Assembly (NCBI GenBank): GCA_035526585.1
Contig: DATLCC010000027.1
Coordinates: 2,660-66,659 of the forward strand
Direction: 5' to 3'
DNA length: 64,000 nucleotides
From: Thermoplasmatota archaeon
GTDB lineage: Archaea > Thermoplasmatota > SW-10-69-26 > JACQPN01 > JAJPHT01
Shown here: in pieces, positions 45,901 through 55,100 of the stretch
Layout of the letters: each line of letters opens with the position of its first letter
Numbering within the stretch: the stretch's first letter is position 1
Program-made: the position numbers and the translations under genes
Notes under the pieces: generated by a model
Seen by the model: the letters and a program-made list of their open reading frames with translations, nothing else
Databases searched by the model: none
What the model was told of the DNA's origin: nothing

Positions 45901-48900
45901 ACGTGGCGAGGCGCCCTTCCTGGTCGATGAGGACGAGCGCGCCGGTGTCCTCCGTGTACGCGCTCACGTAGGCTTCGAGCGCGTCGGGCGCGGGGAGGGC
46001 GAGCGGGGGGCGCGCGACGGGCGTCGCGAGCGTGCGGAAGCTCGCGGCGGCGCCGCCGATGCCTTCGAGGATGACGTCGTCGCCGACGAGGATGAGGTGC
46101 CCATCGCGCAGGGTGCCATCGCGCAGCGTCCGGTTGTGGATCGCGATCGCGACCGGCTGCTCGCCGACGAACGCGTCCGCCCAGGCCGTCGTGCCAGGGG
46201 CGTTGCGGAGGACGATGCCGTCCTCGCCCAGGAGGACCGCGTCGCCATTCTGCGCGTGGAGCAGGTCGGTCACGACGCCGTGGTAGTCCGTGTGGCCGAC
46301 GGCGGCGTCGCCCTCGGCGTCCGTGGTCGCGAAGGCGTTGCGGACCGTGAAGCGCGTGGCCTCCTCGCCGACGACGTTCGCGAGCGTGCCGTTCGCGCCG
46401 CCCACGACGAGGTGGTCGCCGTGCCAGAGCGCGGCGGTGAGGTCCGTGTGGTCGTCCGCGGGCACGGTGACGTGCGCGAGGATGCCGGTGGAGCGCAGGT
46501 GGAGGAGCGTGCGGTTGTCGCCGGCGAGCCAGAAGCTGCCGTCGGAGGCGGGCGCGATGGCGCGGATGGAGCCCCACGCGCGCTCGGTCTCCGGGCCTTC
46601 GGCGAACGTGTCGTTGAGGACGCTCGCGCTGAGGTTGGCGAGGACGCTCCACGCGCCCGTCGTCGGGTCGCGCGCGGCGAGCTGGCCGCTGTGGACGCCC
46701 TCCTGGGCCTCGCGGACCTCGGTCGCGACGTAGAGCGTGCCATCGGCGCCCATCGTGGCGGCCGTGACGTCCTCTCCGCGCAGCGCGGGCACGAGGCCGC
46801 CCTCGTACGTGGGTCCGCACTCGCGCTCGACGATCGTGTCGAGGCAGATGAGGCCGGTGGAGCGCTGCACGAACATGCGGCGCTCGGCGGCGGGGCCGTT
46901 GCCCACGCTCGTGCCGGGCGGGAGCCCGAGCTGGAGCGTGTACGCGCCAGGCTCGCTGGGCGTGACGGTCCACTGGACGATGCGCGTCTCGCCCGGCTGC
47001 ATGTCGCGCAGCAGGCGGCTCGGGCCGTCGCTCACGAGGTCGTCCTTCACGATCCCGCCGAGGGTGACGACGAGGTCGGCGGTGACGTCCTGCGGAGCGT
47101 TGCCGTCGTTGCGGATGCCCACGAGGACGATGCGCGTCTCGCCCTTGCGGGCAGCGTACTGCTCCTCGCAGTGGAGGCCGCTGACGCTGCTGCACACCTG
47201 GATGGCGAGGCCGCGCTCGCCGTCGGCGCGGACGGGCGTGAGCGTGCGCACGGTCGCGACGCGCAGGAGCTGCGAGACGTCGAGCGTGCCGGCGCCAAGC
47301 TGCGCAAGGCGCGGGTCGGCCGCGTTCGCGGGGCGCACGCGCGTGTTGTTGGGATCGATCGCGGTCGGGCTCTCCTCGGGCACGCCGAGCTGGTCGCCCA
47401 GGCGCGTGTCGTTCATGTCGTAGACGTCGAGGTGGCCGGTGAGGCGGTAGAGCGTGCCTTCCTGGAGCGAGACGCCTCCCTTGAGCGCCTTCGACCAGGG
47501 GATGACGAGCGTGCGGACCTCGTCCGGGATGAGCGTCACCGTCTGGCCGTAGGTCCCGAGGAGCTGGTTGTTGGCGGCGTTGAAGACGTTGAGCGTGAAC
47601 GTCGCGTTCTCGGTGAAGTCGCCGGCGTTGTGCAGGTACGCGGCGATGCTCTGGTTGCCGGAGGGGAGCGTCGTGCGCACGGTGCGCCCGTCGTCGAACG
47701 CGTTCCCTTCGACGACGTAGGGGAACGTCGCGCCGACGTCCTTGAGGCGCACGTTGCGGTGGTACCCATCGCCTTCGGCGTGCACCTTCGCGAGCTCGAA
47801 GCCGTAGTGCTCGTGGTGCTTGAAGCGGCCTTCGTCGGTGAAGATGTCGACGCCGCGGTCGTTGGGGAGCGTCTTCACCTCGAAGAGGACCCAGATGCGC
47901 TCGTCCATGTAGGGAGTGAGGTTGAGGCGCTGCGTCACGAAGTCGGTCGTGTTGCCGGTGAAGGCGACCGTGCTCTGGATGCGCGAGTCGGGCGTGCCCG
48001 TCTTGAACGCCTTCGTCTGCACCATGCCGGGGAGGACGACGACGCTTCCGCCATCGAGCGACGGCGTGCACGTGGCGTTCCCGGCGTCGTTGCTCCCCGG
48101 AAGCAGCGTGCCGTTCACGGCCTCGTAGGCCGTCTTCGTGAGGACCGGGCGCGCCTGCTCGTGCGCGCACGCGTAGCCGTTCGAGAGCTGCGCGAAGTCC
48201 GGGTCGAAGAGCATGGTGCGGTCGGGCTGGCGGTCGCCCGCGAAGACCCACATGCGCACGCCGTCCTCGGTGGGCGCGAGGTTCATGCGGTACGTGAGGT
48301 CGAGGAACGCGCCCTGCTGCATCACGGGGAGCTGATCGATGGCCGCGTCGAAGGCGGCCTCGTAGGCGTCCACGAGCGCCATCGCCGCCGGCTGCGCCTG
48401 CGGGTTGCCGCGTTGGCAGAGGAAGATCGGCTGGACGGGCTGCGCGCCGCGGTTGCAGAGCGTGTCGAGCTCGTCGTGCGCTCGCTGGCGGATGACGAGA
48501 AGGTCCTGCACGGCGGTCTTGTTCTGCTTGAGCGAGGTGAGGTCGAGCTCGGGCGAGACGAGCCACTGGTGCGCGCCGCGCTCGTACCCTTCCTCGTCGC
48601 CGAAGCGGTAGGTGTGGCGCGTGCCGTTGGGCGTCTGCGTCTCCGCGAGGCGCCACGCGGCGTCCTCGCCGCGCTCGGTCACGACCTTCCAGTCGCCAAA
48701 GCCCGTGAAGCGCGAGCCGTCGAACGTGTCGTCGAGGAGGACCGTGCGCGGCTCGACGAGGTCGGCCGGGTAGTCGGAGTCGGGGAGCGTGGCTTCCGTG
48801 CGCTCGTCCACCTGGCGCTGCACCTCGCGCGAGGCGTTGCGCAGGTCCTCGAGGATGAGGTCCATCTGCACGATGGCCGTCTGGTACTGCTCGATGGGCT

Positions 48901-49153
48901 GATCGTTGACGCAGACCGCGGGCGCGCCGACGTCGTTCTCGAAGAACGCGGGGTCCGCGGGATCGTTCACGAAGGCCAGGATGTCCGCGCCGATGCCAAG
49001 CTGCGCGCAGCTCTGCGACGGCTTCACGTGCGGGAGCACGGGGACGTCCACGTCGGCGGGAAGGATCGCGCCCGTGTGGCTGGCGCTGGCGCTGGGGATG
49101 CCGCTCACGAGCATGAGCATCGCGAACGTGAATGCTAGGGCGCGCTGGTTCAC
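36908..49153 (-). CDS. giant envelope protein B (4081 aa): signal peptide, five MAM/jelly-roll-like modules, beta-propeller-like region, many NEW3/CARDB-like modules, C-terminal TM anchor
   Basis: The GTG start forms a GTGA overlap with the upstream stop. The signal is MNQRALAFTFAMLMLVSGIPSASAS. Five modules share L-V-S/T-P-x-x-D-L ... F-x-H-x-x ... DGG-x-x-E ... W, with core motifs near 48.55, 44.8, 43.1, 41.55 and 39.9 kb. The clearest is ASLVSPTVDLGSARTASVAFFHKYRFEDGFDGGMLEASADGGQTWKRL. Terminal CARDB-like modules are present (e.g. DRVTVKVSVANRGLSEVKDVPVHLFVDDVFVDE). The anchor is LSAILAVALVACALVTLRNGSRRQRR. Confidence 0.88.
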   Translation of the reverse strand: MNQRALAFTFAMLMLVSGIPSASASHTGAILPADVDVPVLPHVKPSQSCAQLGIGADILAFVNDPADPAFFENDVGAPAVCVNDQPIEQYQTAIVQMDLILEDLRNASREVQRQVDERTEATLPDSDYPADLVEPRTVLLDDTFDGSRFTGFGDWKVVTERGEDAAWRLAETQTPNGTRHTYRFGDEEGYERGAHQWLVSPELDLTSLKQNKTAVQDLLVIRQRAHDELDTLCNRGAQPVQPIFLCQRGNPQAQPAAMALVDAYEAAFDAAIDQLPVMQQGAFLDLTYRMNLAPTEDGVRMWVFAGDRQPDRTMLFDPDFAQLSNGYACAHEQARPVLTKTAYEAVNGTLLPGSNDAGNATCTPSLDGGSVVVLPGMVQTKAFKTGTPDSRIQSTVAFTGNTTDFVTQRLNLTPYMDERIWVLFEVKTLPNDRGVDIFTDEGRFKHHEHYGFELAKVHAEGDGYHRNVRLKDVGATFPYVVEGNAFDDGRTVRTTLPSGNQSIAAYLHNAGDFTENATFTLNVFNAANNQLLGTYGQTVTLIPDEVRTLVIPWSKALKGGVSLQEGTLYRLTGHLDVYDMNDTRLGDQLGVPEESPTAIDPNNTRVRPANAADPRLAQLGAGTLDVSQLLRVATVRTLTPVRADGERGLAIQVCSSVSGLHCEEQYAARKGETRIVLVGIRNDGNAPQDVTADLVVTLGGIVKDDLVSDGPSRLLRDMQPGETRIVQWTVTPSEPGAYTLQLGLPPGTSVGNGPAAERRMFVQRSTGLICLDTIVERECGPTYEGGLVPALRGEDVTAATMGADGTLYVATEVREAQEGVHSGQLAARDPTTGAWSVLANLSASVLNDTFAEGPETERAWGSIRAIAPASDGSFWLAGDNRTLLHLRSTGILAHVTVPADDHTDLTAALWHGDHLVVGGANGTLANVVGEEATRFTVRNAFATTDAEGDAAVGHTDYHGVVTDLLHAQNGDAVLLGEDGIVLRNAPGTTAWADAFVGEQPVAIAIHNRTLRDGTLRDGHLILVGDDVILEGIGGAAASFRTLATPVARPPLALPAPDALEAYVSAYTEDTGALVLIDQEGRLATCRACDAYERDWSYPELALPPVFGVSAVHPAKVLLGVGGSDASFLLGQGGLVLQRAYRGGYPNDEGWTTVAPLAAHDGGILQTVASTAISAASESVAFMAKPVGAGRDAANDSTEFRLFFNQSIRNASAFAPVDVRLVYLHVPVVPAVASQNVNQSGAACRPASQSPDLGVSTVCNAERVRHTVASFAAPTNLSGWDARFYDGLPPASSATLGVATPGPTTFAGLEFFVSKNARYALDDFHLMGLVAGKWVDVLEWRGPDPAYHAADVFTVDAGTFLEHDVSAAASAGDAAIDIARDQTRRWEMWPGPAFDAASVSPWHVTEQYADRPVFAANNEMYRTPALSSPTAPRLMNNLDSRLVSPIIDLRDAYDPAVSFRHSYAFRTLLDKSSPFNVHLGDGGVVEIQYLLQGQDCGSSLQATTCGWSPFYPVVPDQGYPQKTDLGFVGLATGSPNAGDTGLIAENRSYWGRMALPDEEGVISGPRRTDTYDEEQITFANVSCTTTQLNDILTKGKSIPCVPTNLSGRQVRVSFHLVTAGDRGHVAPPVGVLASAGTYNDDPPSWNASVDPEASRLSFPGEGWYITDFKVLGARKLGIDLEANNMTFRVGYDVGTIGVGPGTRVPVNVTVLNNGTFDALGYGGRLRVSQVVDRALGISVPVETITLSQQPLLEAGKSANHTLAWNVPAQEGAQYVLEFTVDPIGIDRDEDWLDNAAHIGTAAIPVPAQTVRRFDTEFLVSPENATIDITRYIPMFINNTGNVPVSGIHVERRISMIGRDAGADAPTCAHWRDLVASGRPSAIVDCREWTTARAAPAGARTALTAISDDVSPTADLFWKAPERANYLVSVSAQTDTLQSGLDRRVSAFATYLFDDVEGGVRGEAQRGAWVFGPGWNATQPGFRSTDSYAFGEPLVGRYPASANASLVSPTVDLGSARTASVAFFHKYRFEDGFDGGMLEASADGGQTWKRLTPMPDSETTAGYNASFPVQASSPLHPDRDPDTPGVYAFTSNSSRHPASVDGWVLSQFDLTGLDDITEDAVEYEAYGALELGNYAKADKQRGNAHYSESWCPGTIDADRCWLVENLSEGTRVGPGKPAPGEEKNTILWSGSTSLDDDGKRPIQNHLLEFEVDVSTVTTDQVVTADWWEYASRFNKRVVSMSRAGFGDIPGHVWPDELETAYTFASGNEIPQTYRFNLGNPEIVETRGKWYHMHADLTKEVATMRAKGHDRITMGFAYTPIAKYPSSWPADLDVAMRSRDSAIGGEYTGAGFYHDDPGFAIDALDIRATRIVRGQPLGQPTILMDETRAWSEKHVSECGTGGTPEPNYWQGATLNALGCMTSNTVFNRADPLIPAETVGRNWALVTELPSVEGGWGVVPVKDGAGHAPGVKLKTGEEPKAWWSGELPLNANSTGEAIYHKCGALNATDVFFANSVACPVPGSESRLVTPAFDLGAIAGTDARLSFGHRFAFGSLSVLGSTPLASGGVVEIQTYDSQTKTWGPWKQIYASQGGYNAVTANYSKRSAGVFRYDPPFETLVSSTGERYQALYSGSSNGWRDASYDVSEYIGKKVRVGFHIAWSEDFVNRPPLRYPDANGDGLAHGGWWITDVAIVGKVIVGEPVQLRWRAGTDANVDEGAWQFDDIGVYGSRYRRNVGLFVDETPHAFGAMPDSVVKIPVTLRNLGEDVQTNLSVRVITMDDTPLTFEAPQAPSARALAPDRFQIEGITLGPGQSKTIDLYVHTPRTFSSIDPTTTLHFEVKRYSVNSQDFLTITDNDVQGLLTRDVVFRLQTLPEVVATTTVVRDPTPTLGEPVDLEASYRNDGYAPATLSLACKAQTVTGYLPANHNLGGDTDTPIVAASYPCPLVSGATILAPKETTTLVFRVTPSANGFLRFALNGSATSGKASLNFTDRSTGVQVGVTPVVWSQTFDENRAFTENFSRSPNTKFQYLRGHDAPGSIVVGIDDNDTQINGNTYAFVCSDTDSCRAVTEPIDLHNFSASNPAFLSFYHMDRLARYDGARVVARKLLNENQPGSFSSWSPPCVLVPTGGYEGIIRQIPVQAAQGQGPQAQTPPSDPNPLFSFNPPQNRTVNESYPEFFITKDGRWEESWSLASFDLAQSCVQTTNRAKSFSLVGNTVRFEIEVFAGPFTVGPLSRGLGQGILIDDMSVSPVALSVRPMSVQRATLLDNTTKTFHVVVENRGSVADTERLEYDALNSSAPQGSVAVDSDAFVLVPGERRIVDGTITLPRDPSLLPTDFKVRLAARSLTDRNAGGLSTIDIAFAPREWAELAVQAEAPTALVQEGTEAFIPITIQNLGVVESKSVLVRIVDTWPGGSIVADRDLDPLPPYALDPDGSSRILDFAWHPETGSLGMHTLTITVDPDGHYQEYTRSNNVVTLHVPVSDLLIPDLHVANVSALSLRNAAGGVVSPAIDADVARYEVTAGELVSFELKVANNGRAGATNVDVRAFIGALSLPPKTIPYIAPGSEAIVTFNWLAQKGEHEIEFLVRSEQVELSTANNRYPGTGVTLLTVKGYEIDIQIPDVTAILEPGTTIEVPFSIRNAGNAGEDLLLVAHAPEGTHLALPREGFFLRAGETYSDKARLVLAAEAVAGEQFMSIDAVARENPMKVASGRGAMRVNASYGGSIAGGLGVGAPPGFVLPVELVNEGNSLEPWSVFVRLPAGWSADEAMPANVSVPAHGKTTLDLHLHVPPTTSPGERVLAVKATLPNGDKRDGLARTSVLPMRAAGVSVTDAVPKADHGALTMPIVVENKGNVQQPFEVLLVDAPAGIELRVSPSSFDLPPGGKAVAQLIVKPNASVEAGTYAIAGYTFFEGVSPQTQEGRANVQSLKVPIVRQDLRLAPLEFSPRAGLETGDRVTVKVSVANRGLSEVKDVPVHLFVDDVFVDEVTVPAIASGSRSDVTFNWTALAGAHTLTAVVDPYSDTVESDRADNAVSALATVGSDIAPGGVAAGRAKTPAPDLSAILAVALVACALVTLRNGSRRQRR

Positions 49154-52100
49154 TTGGATCCCTCCTTCTTCTTGCGGCCAAGGACAGCCGCGATGCCCAC
49201 CGCCGCGACGAGCGCGAGCGCGAGGCCCGCGATGCCGCCCAGGGGCACCTTCTGCGCGAACGACGCGAGCCCGGACGCATCGCCGCCGGCGAGCGCGTCG
49301 CCGGAGACGAGGGGGCCGCGAAGGACGCTTCCGTCCTCGGGGAAGCGGGCCGTGTAGCGCCCGTCCGACGCTTCAAAGGCGTAGGTGTGTGGCGCGTCGC
49401 GCTTGTGCGGCGCGAGGCGGGTCTCGTAGGTGTACGCTGCGCCCGTCTTGGCGTCGCCGCTGACCAGGGTCATGTTCTGAGGGACTCCGTCGAGGATGAC
49501 GCGCACGTACGCGGGCGCCTTGCCGCCCGGGCTCGCGTAGGTGACTGCGTAGTGGAACGTCGTGGACACCGTGCCGATCGTCGGAGTGGCGGCTCCGACG
49601 GTGAGGCGGGGCACCGCGGTGGCGGATGCGCGCAGCACGCCGTCCGTGGGGCCTTCGTTGGCGCCGTAGTCGAGGGCCGCCACCTTGTAGGTGTACAGCT
49701 TCTCGTAGGGCAGGCCGGCGTCGTCGTAGCGCGTGCCGGTGACCTCCGCGACCATGCGGAAGACGACGGCGTCCTCGCTGCGGTAGACGCGGTACGCCGC
49801 GACGGCGACGTCGTCCGTCGCCGCGTTCCACGAGAGGCGGAGCGTGCCGTTCAGGAGGTCGAGGACCGAGAGGGGCCCGACCGTGGTCGGCGCCTTCGTG
49901 TCCTGCAGGGTCGCGAAGCTGCCGTGGAGCGGCACCTCGTTCCCCGCGAGGTCGGTGACCTTCAGGTCGTACTGGTAGCTGCGGCTCGGGAGGAGCCCTT
50001 CGAAGGCGAGGTCGACCGTCGGCGCCGCGACGATGCTGGAGACCGTGACGGCGGGAGACGCCGGCGCGGTCGCGGTGCCCGTGACGAGGATGGGCTCGTT
50101 GGCGGGGACCTTCACGACGACGCGCGTGTGCTTCGTCTCCGAGATCGTGGTCGATCCCACCGTGGGCGCCACGTTGTCCACGGGGATGCTCACGTCGATG
50201 TCCTTCTCGTTCCCGGCAAGGTCCACCGCGTGGACCTTGACGGTCTTCGTGGCGGCGGCCTCGGCGGACGACACGGAGAACGTGCCCTGCCACTCGTCCG
50301 CGTTCACGATCTTCACGAGGCGCACCGATCCGACGTCGGAGAGCGCGCTCGTGTCGGCGGTGACGATGCTCACGCCGCTGAGGTCGTGCACGGTGAGGTT
50401 GAGCGTCACGGTGCCGCCCTGCTTCGCGGCGCCGGTGCCCGGCGCGTAGCGCGTCGGGTTCACGGTGATGACGGGCGCGTCGCCGTCGATCGCGACCTTC
50501 CACGTCTCCTTCGCGACGTTGCCCGCGTTGTCGAGGATGCGCAGCTCGAAGGTGCGCATGCCGGCCTCGAGCGCGTCGGGGATGTCGTAGGAGAGGCGCA
50601 GCCGCGCGTCGGGGAGCGCGTCGATGGTGAGGTTCTTCGTGACGAGCTCGCCGTCCACGTAGAGCGCGGCGGGCACGCTCGGGAAGCCCGAGAGCGCGTC
50701 GCTCGTCTCCGCGAGGAGGCGCGGCGTCGTGTCGTTCGTCGCAAGAAGCGGCGAGGAGACGATGACCGCGGGCGGCGTGTTGTCGCTCGTGAAGGGACCG
50801 ATGACCGCGCTTGCGACGTCGTGCCCGGCCTCGGCCGTGAGGCGCAGCTCGTAGGTCGTGCCGTCGAGGAAGCGCGTGCTGTTCCAGCGCAGCTCGTGCG
50901 AGTCGCCCTGGCGCGTCGCGGTCGTGACGAACGTCCACGCGCTCGTCGTCGCGTTGCGCACCTCGAGCGTGTAGCTCACGAAGTCCGCGCTGTCGAGGAG
51001 ACCGCCGCGGAAGGCGACCTTCACGAGGCCGCTCACGTTGTCGCCGCGCGCGGGGAGCTGCGGCTGCAGGAAGAGCGCGGTGATGGTCGTCGCTTCCACG
51101 ATGTCGCTCTCCTTCGAGAAGCCGCCCGTGGACGCGGAGACCGCGCGCAGCGAGTAGCGCGTGGAGGGCTGGAGCCCTTCGACCTTGAGCGCGTGCTCGA
51201 CGCTCGCGTTCGTGTCGAGCGGCGTGCGTCCGTTGAGGGCGATGGCGCTCGTGCCGAACTTCGCCATCGCGCTCGTGGGCTCGGAGGTCTTCCAGTGCAG
51301 CACGAGGCTGTTGTGCGTGACGTTCGTGACGCGGAAGCTGCCGGGGACGAAGTCGAACGCCTTCGCGTTCACGGCGAGGGGGACGAGCACGGTCGTGACG
51401 TTGCCGGCGAGGTCGGGGACGCGCACCGTGATCGTGTACGCGGCGTCCGCGAGGTTCGGCTTGTCCACGAAGAACGTCGCCTCCTGATAGATGAGGCCGT
51501 TCACGCGCACGGGGCGCACCTTGAGCGCGCTCGCGTTCTTCGCGAACGCGGACGCATCGACGGTGATCCTGCCTTCGTCGACGCCGAAGGCGTCCTCGGC
51601 GGTGAGCCGGAGCTTGACCTGGTCGCCCGGCTTCACGGCGGTCTGGCCCGGCGGAAGGATGGGCGGGAGCACGTGCACCGCGGGGCTCGCGTGGTCGAGG
51701 ATCACGCGGCCGGCGGAGACGCTGATGCTGTTGCCGGCCTTGTCCTCCACGTCGAACTGGGCGAGCCAGATGCCTTCGGGGAAGACGCTCTTGTCCACGT
51801 TCTCGCGGCTCCATCCGCCGAAGGACCACATCGTGCCCTCCTGGCCGGCAGGGCAGGCGCCCGCGGGGGTCGCCGCGCGCGACGCCTTCGTCGACTCCTG
51901 CGTCGTGGGGTCGATGTGGTAGAGCTGGAGCGTGACGGTGCCGATGCCGGTCTCGAGGTCGCGCACGCAGATGCCGAACGCGATCGGCTGGCCCGCGCGC
52001 ACGAACGTGTAGTCGGAGCCCTGGAAGCTCGAGAGGAGGCCGCCGGTGAGGGCGAGACCCGAGAAGACCGGCTGCCCCTGGTCGACGACGAGGCGGGCGT

Positions 52101-55100
52101 AGCCGTGCTGGACGTCGGCGCCGCGCGAGAGCTTCGCGTAGAAGGCGGAGCGGACGGCGTCGAGGAGCGTCGCCTCGTTCGCCGTGCCCTCGACGTTGTG
52201 GGCCCGGTCGACGGCGACCGTGAGGAAGAGGTGCACCGGGTCGCCCGAGGAGGAGACCGTGCGCGAGGTGCGGGTCGCGGGGATCGCGCGCGCGAGCGCG
52301 GGCGCGAAGTTGTCCTCCACGATGGGGGCGGGGTCGCCGGTCGCGCCAAGCGCGCTCCATCCCGTCGCGAGGTCGCCTTCTTCGCCATGGCGGTAGAAGA
52401 CGTACACCTGCGACACGCCCGAACCGGGCGCGGGGACGTCCGACCCGCTCGCGGCCGAGAGGTCCACCGACGCCCATTCGACGGGGACGCCGCCGGCGCC
52501 CGCGAGCGAGCCCGAGCCGACGTAGACGGTCGCCGTGCTTCCGGGCGTGACGCTGCCCGTCGTGAGGAACGACGCGGGCGGCGTGCGGTCGATGAGGACG
52601 GAGTCGACGCGGCTCGTCGAGAGCCCCTGCGCGTCGGTCGCGGTGACGTTCGCGAGGAAGACGCCCTCGCGGGTGAGATCGTTGCGGGTCGTGTTGTGCT
52701 GCGTCCAGCGGTCGCTCGAGCCGGAGGCGGACCAGTTCGCGAGGGGGCGGTGGCCGATCGCGTTCCAGTAGGCCGTGTCGAGCTCGCCGCCGCCGCGGCG
52801 GGGCGAGCCGTCGACGTCGCCTTCCACGTACGAGGTGTCGCGCAGCGTCTCCTTGACCTCGCCCGTCGCGGGGTCGTCGAGCGTGACGGAGACCTGCGTG
52901 GACGGGGTGGCAGGCGTGCGGAACTCGATGCGCGCCTGGTAGTCGGGGTGCCCGCCCGACTTGTAGAAGAAGAACGAGCCGGGGAGCGAGCCGAGGCCGC
53001 CCACGAGGCTGTTGAGGTTCTGCCCGTTCGTGTTGCCGAAGTTGCGCAGGACCGTCGTGACGTTCTCGCGCACGTCCGTGCGGTTGAGGACGGGGACGCC
53101 CGTCCCGCGCGTCTCCTCGATGCCGGGGACGAGGTGGTCGCCGGTCGCGGGGTTCTCGGTGTCGTTCACCGCGTCCGCGGCCGCGTTGAAGGCGCCCGAG
53201 ATGCTGTCGCCGGGGCCGGGCTGCGCGTTGTCCGTGACGAGGCCGACCGTGACGGTGAGGCGCATGTCCTTGGGCACGACGATCGTGCTGCCGTCCGAGA
53301 CGATGCCCGCGGCCTGCACGGTCGCGTCGGGCTCGTTCGCGTCGAGGTAGAAGTCCGTGAAGTCGACGTTGTCGAGGTCGCCCGCGCCGCCGCTGCCGCC
53401 CTCGCCGCCCTCGTCCTTGCAGGGGATGAGGCCGCAGAGGTGGGGGATGCCGTCCGTGACGGGCGTGACGACGTCCGTGAACGCGGAGGCGACGTCGTGG
53501 AGGTTGCCGTTCACGTCGACGCAGACGTGCACCGGGCCCGTCGGGAGGGTCTGGTTCGGGATCAGCGCCTGCTGGCCGCCGGGCGCCGTGTTCGGGCGGA
53601 AGACCCCGCCGCGCTCGAGCACCTGCACGGGGTACCAGACGAGCCAGGCGGGAAGGTTCACGCCGGGGCCGTTCGCGATGGGCTGCGGCGACGCCTGGCA
53701 GGGCTTGAGCTGGCCGCTGCGGATGTCGCCGTTGTACGTCGCGCACGTGTCCGCGCCGCCCTGCGTGCAGACGGGGGCGGCGATGGAGTCGACGACGTTG
53801 AAGATCACGTTGCCGTGGACGTTGTCGTCCACCTGCTTCGCGGTCGTGCCGAGGCTGTCGATCACGAGCTGGCGCACGGGGCCAAAGAGCGACGCGATGC
53901 CGCCCACGTCGGGAAGCGGCACGCCGTCGGTGGCGGAGCGCGACTTCGTGAACGTGCCGCTCGCGAGGTACCAGTCCTTGCCGAAGGCGTCCTTCACGTT
54001 CGTCCCGTTCGCGTACTTGACGCCGACGAGGATCTGCGTGTTGAGCGGCGCGGTCGTGATGAGCGCCGTGCGGTTGGGGAGCGCGACGTGCACGCTCTGC
54101 TTGCTCGTGACGCGCAGGTCCGCGCCCAGCGGCTCGATGCGCGAGGCGAAGGGCTCGCCGTTGATGGTCTCGACCTTGAGCTTCGCGGGCGTGCCGAACG
54201 CGTCGCCGCCGGGGTTCGTGTCGCTCTCGGTGTTGGCCGCGTTGTCGAGGTAGAACGTGAGCGCGTTGCAGAGCTGGGGCTGGTCCTGGTCGATCGCGAG
54301 GCCCTCGCACGGGAAGCTGCGGTTCCACGCGGGGATGCGCCAGCCGTTCGCGGCCTCGAAGGGGTCCTCCTCCGCGTCGAAGGAGGCGCTCCAGTTGACG
54401 TAGAGCTGCTGCGCCTCGCCGTAGGCGTACGGGGAGAACGTCGCGTTCGCGATGCCGGTGTATTCGGGGGCGAGCTCGAGGCGCTTCACGACGGGCGCGT
54501 TGTTCACGACGAGCGTGCGCGTCGCGTTGCGCGTCACGGTCTCGTTGGCCGAGTTGCCCATCTCGTCGCCAAAGAGGAGGACGGAGCGGTCGGCGAGCTG
54601 CGCGCTGAAGGTCGGGAGCGCCTTCGCGAGCTTGACGCCGTCCGAGAAGTTGCCGAGGTCGACGACGGCGCTCCAGAGCGTGACGCCGCGCTGGACGCTC
54701 GTGACGTTCGTGGACGTCGCGACGCGCTCGCGGTCGAGGAAGAAGTCGACCGAGCGCACGTCGAGCGAGCGCGTGGCGTTCTCCACGTCGGCCGAGCCGT
54801 CGGTGGGGTCCCCACCGGCGAGCGTCGCGAGCTGCTTCGTGAGCGGCGCGAGCGTGCGGTTCTCCGCGCCAGTCGAGGTGTTGACGGTCGCGAGGAAGCA
54901 GACCTTGCCCGTCGCGAAGAAGGAGCGGCCCCGCGGCTCGATGATCTCGGAGGTGCAGCCCAGGCCGTCGACGTAGCGCGTGAAGTTGAGCGTCGTGCGC
55001 GTCGTCCCGTAGAGCGTCTGCGCGAGCGCGCCCGCGGTGACGTCGCGGATCGTGGACGCGAGCACGTAGTCCGCGCCAAGGCCCGTTCCGTTCTGCGTCC

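Noticed and set aside
36908-49153. A metalloprotease (immune-inhibitor-A/M6-like) assignment for protein B, based on its MAM/jelly-roll-like modules.
   Set aside because: I could not find an HExxH or similar catalytic motif. The nearest string, HHEHYGFE, does not fit. I therefore call the protein as non-enzymatic adhesin-like, pending HMM searches.
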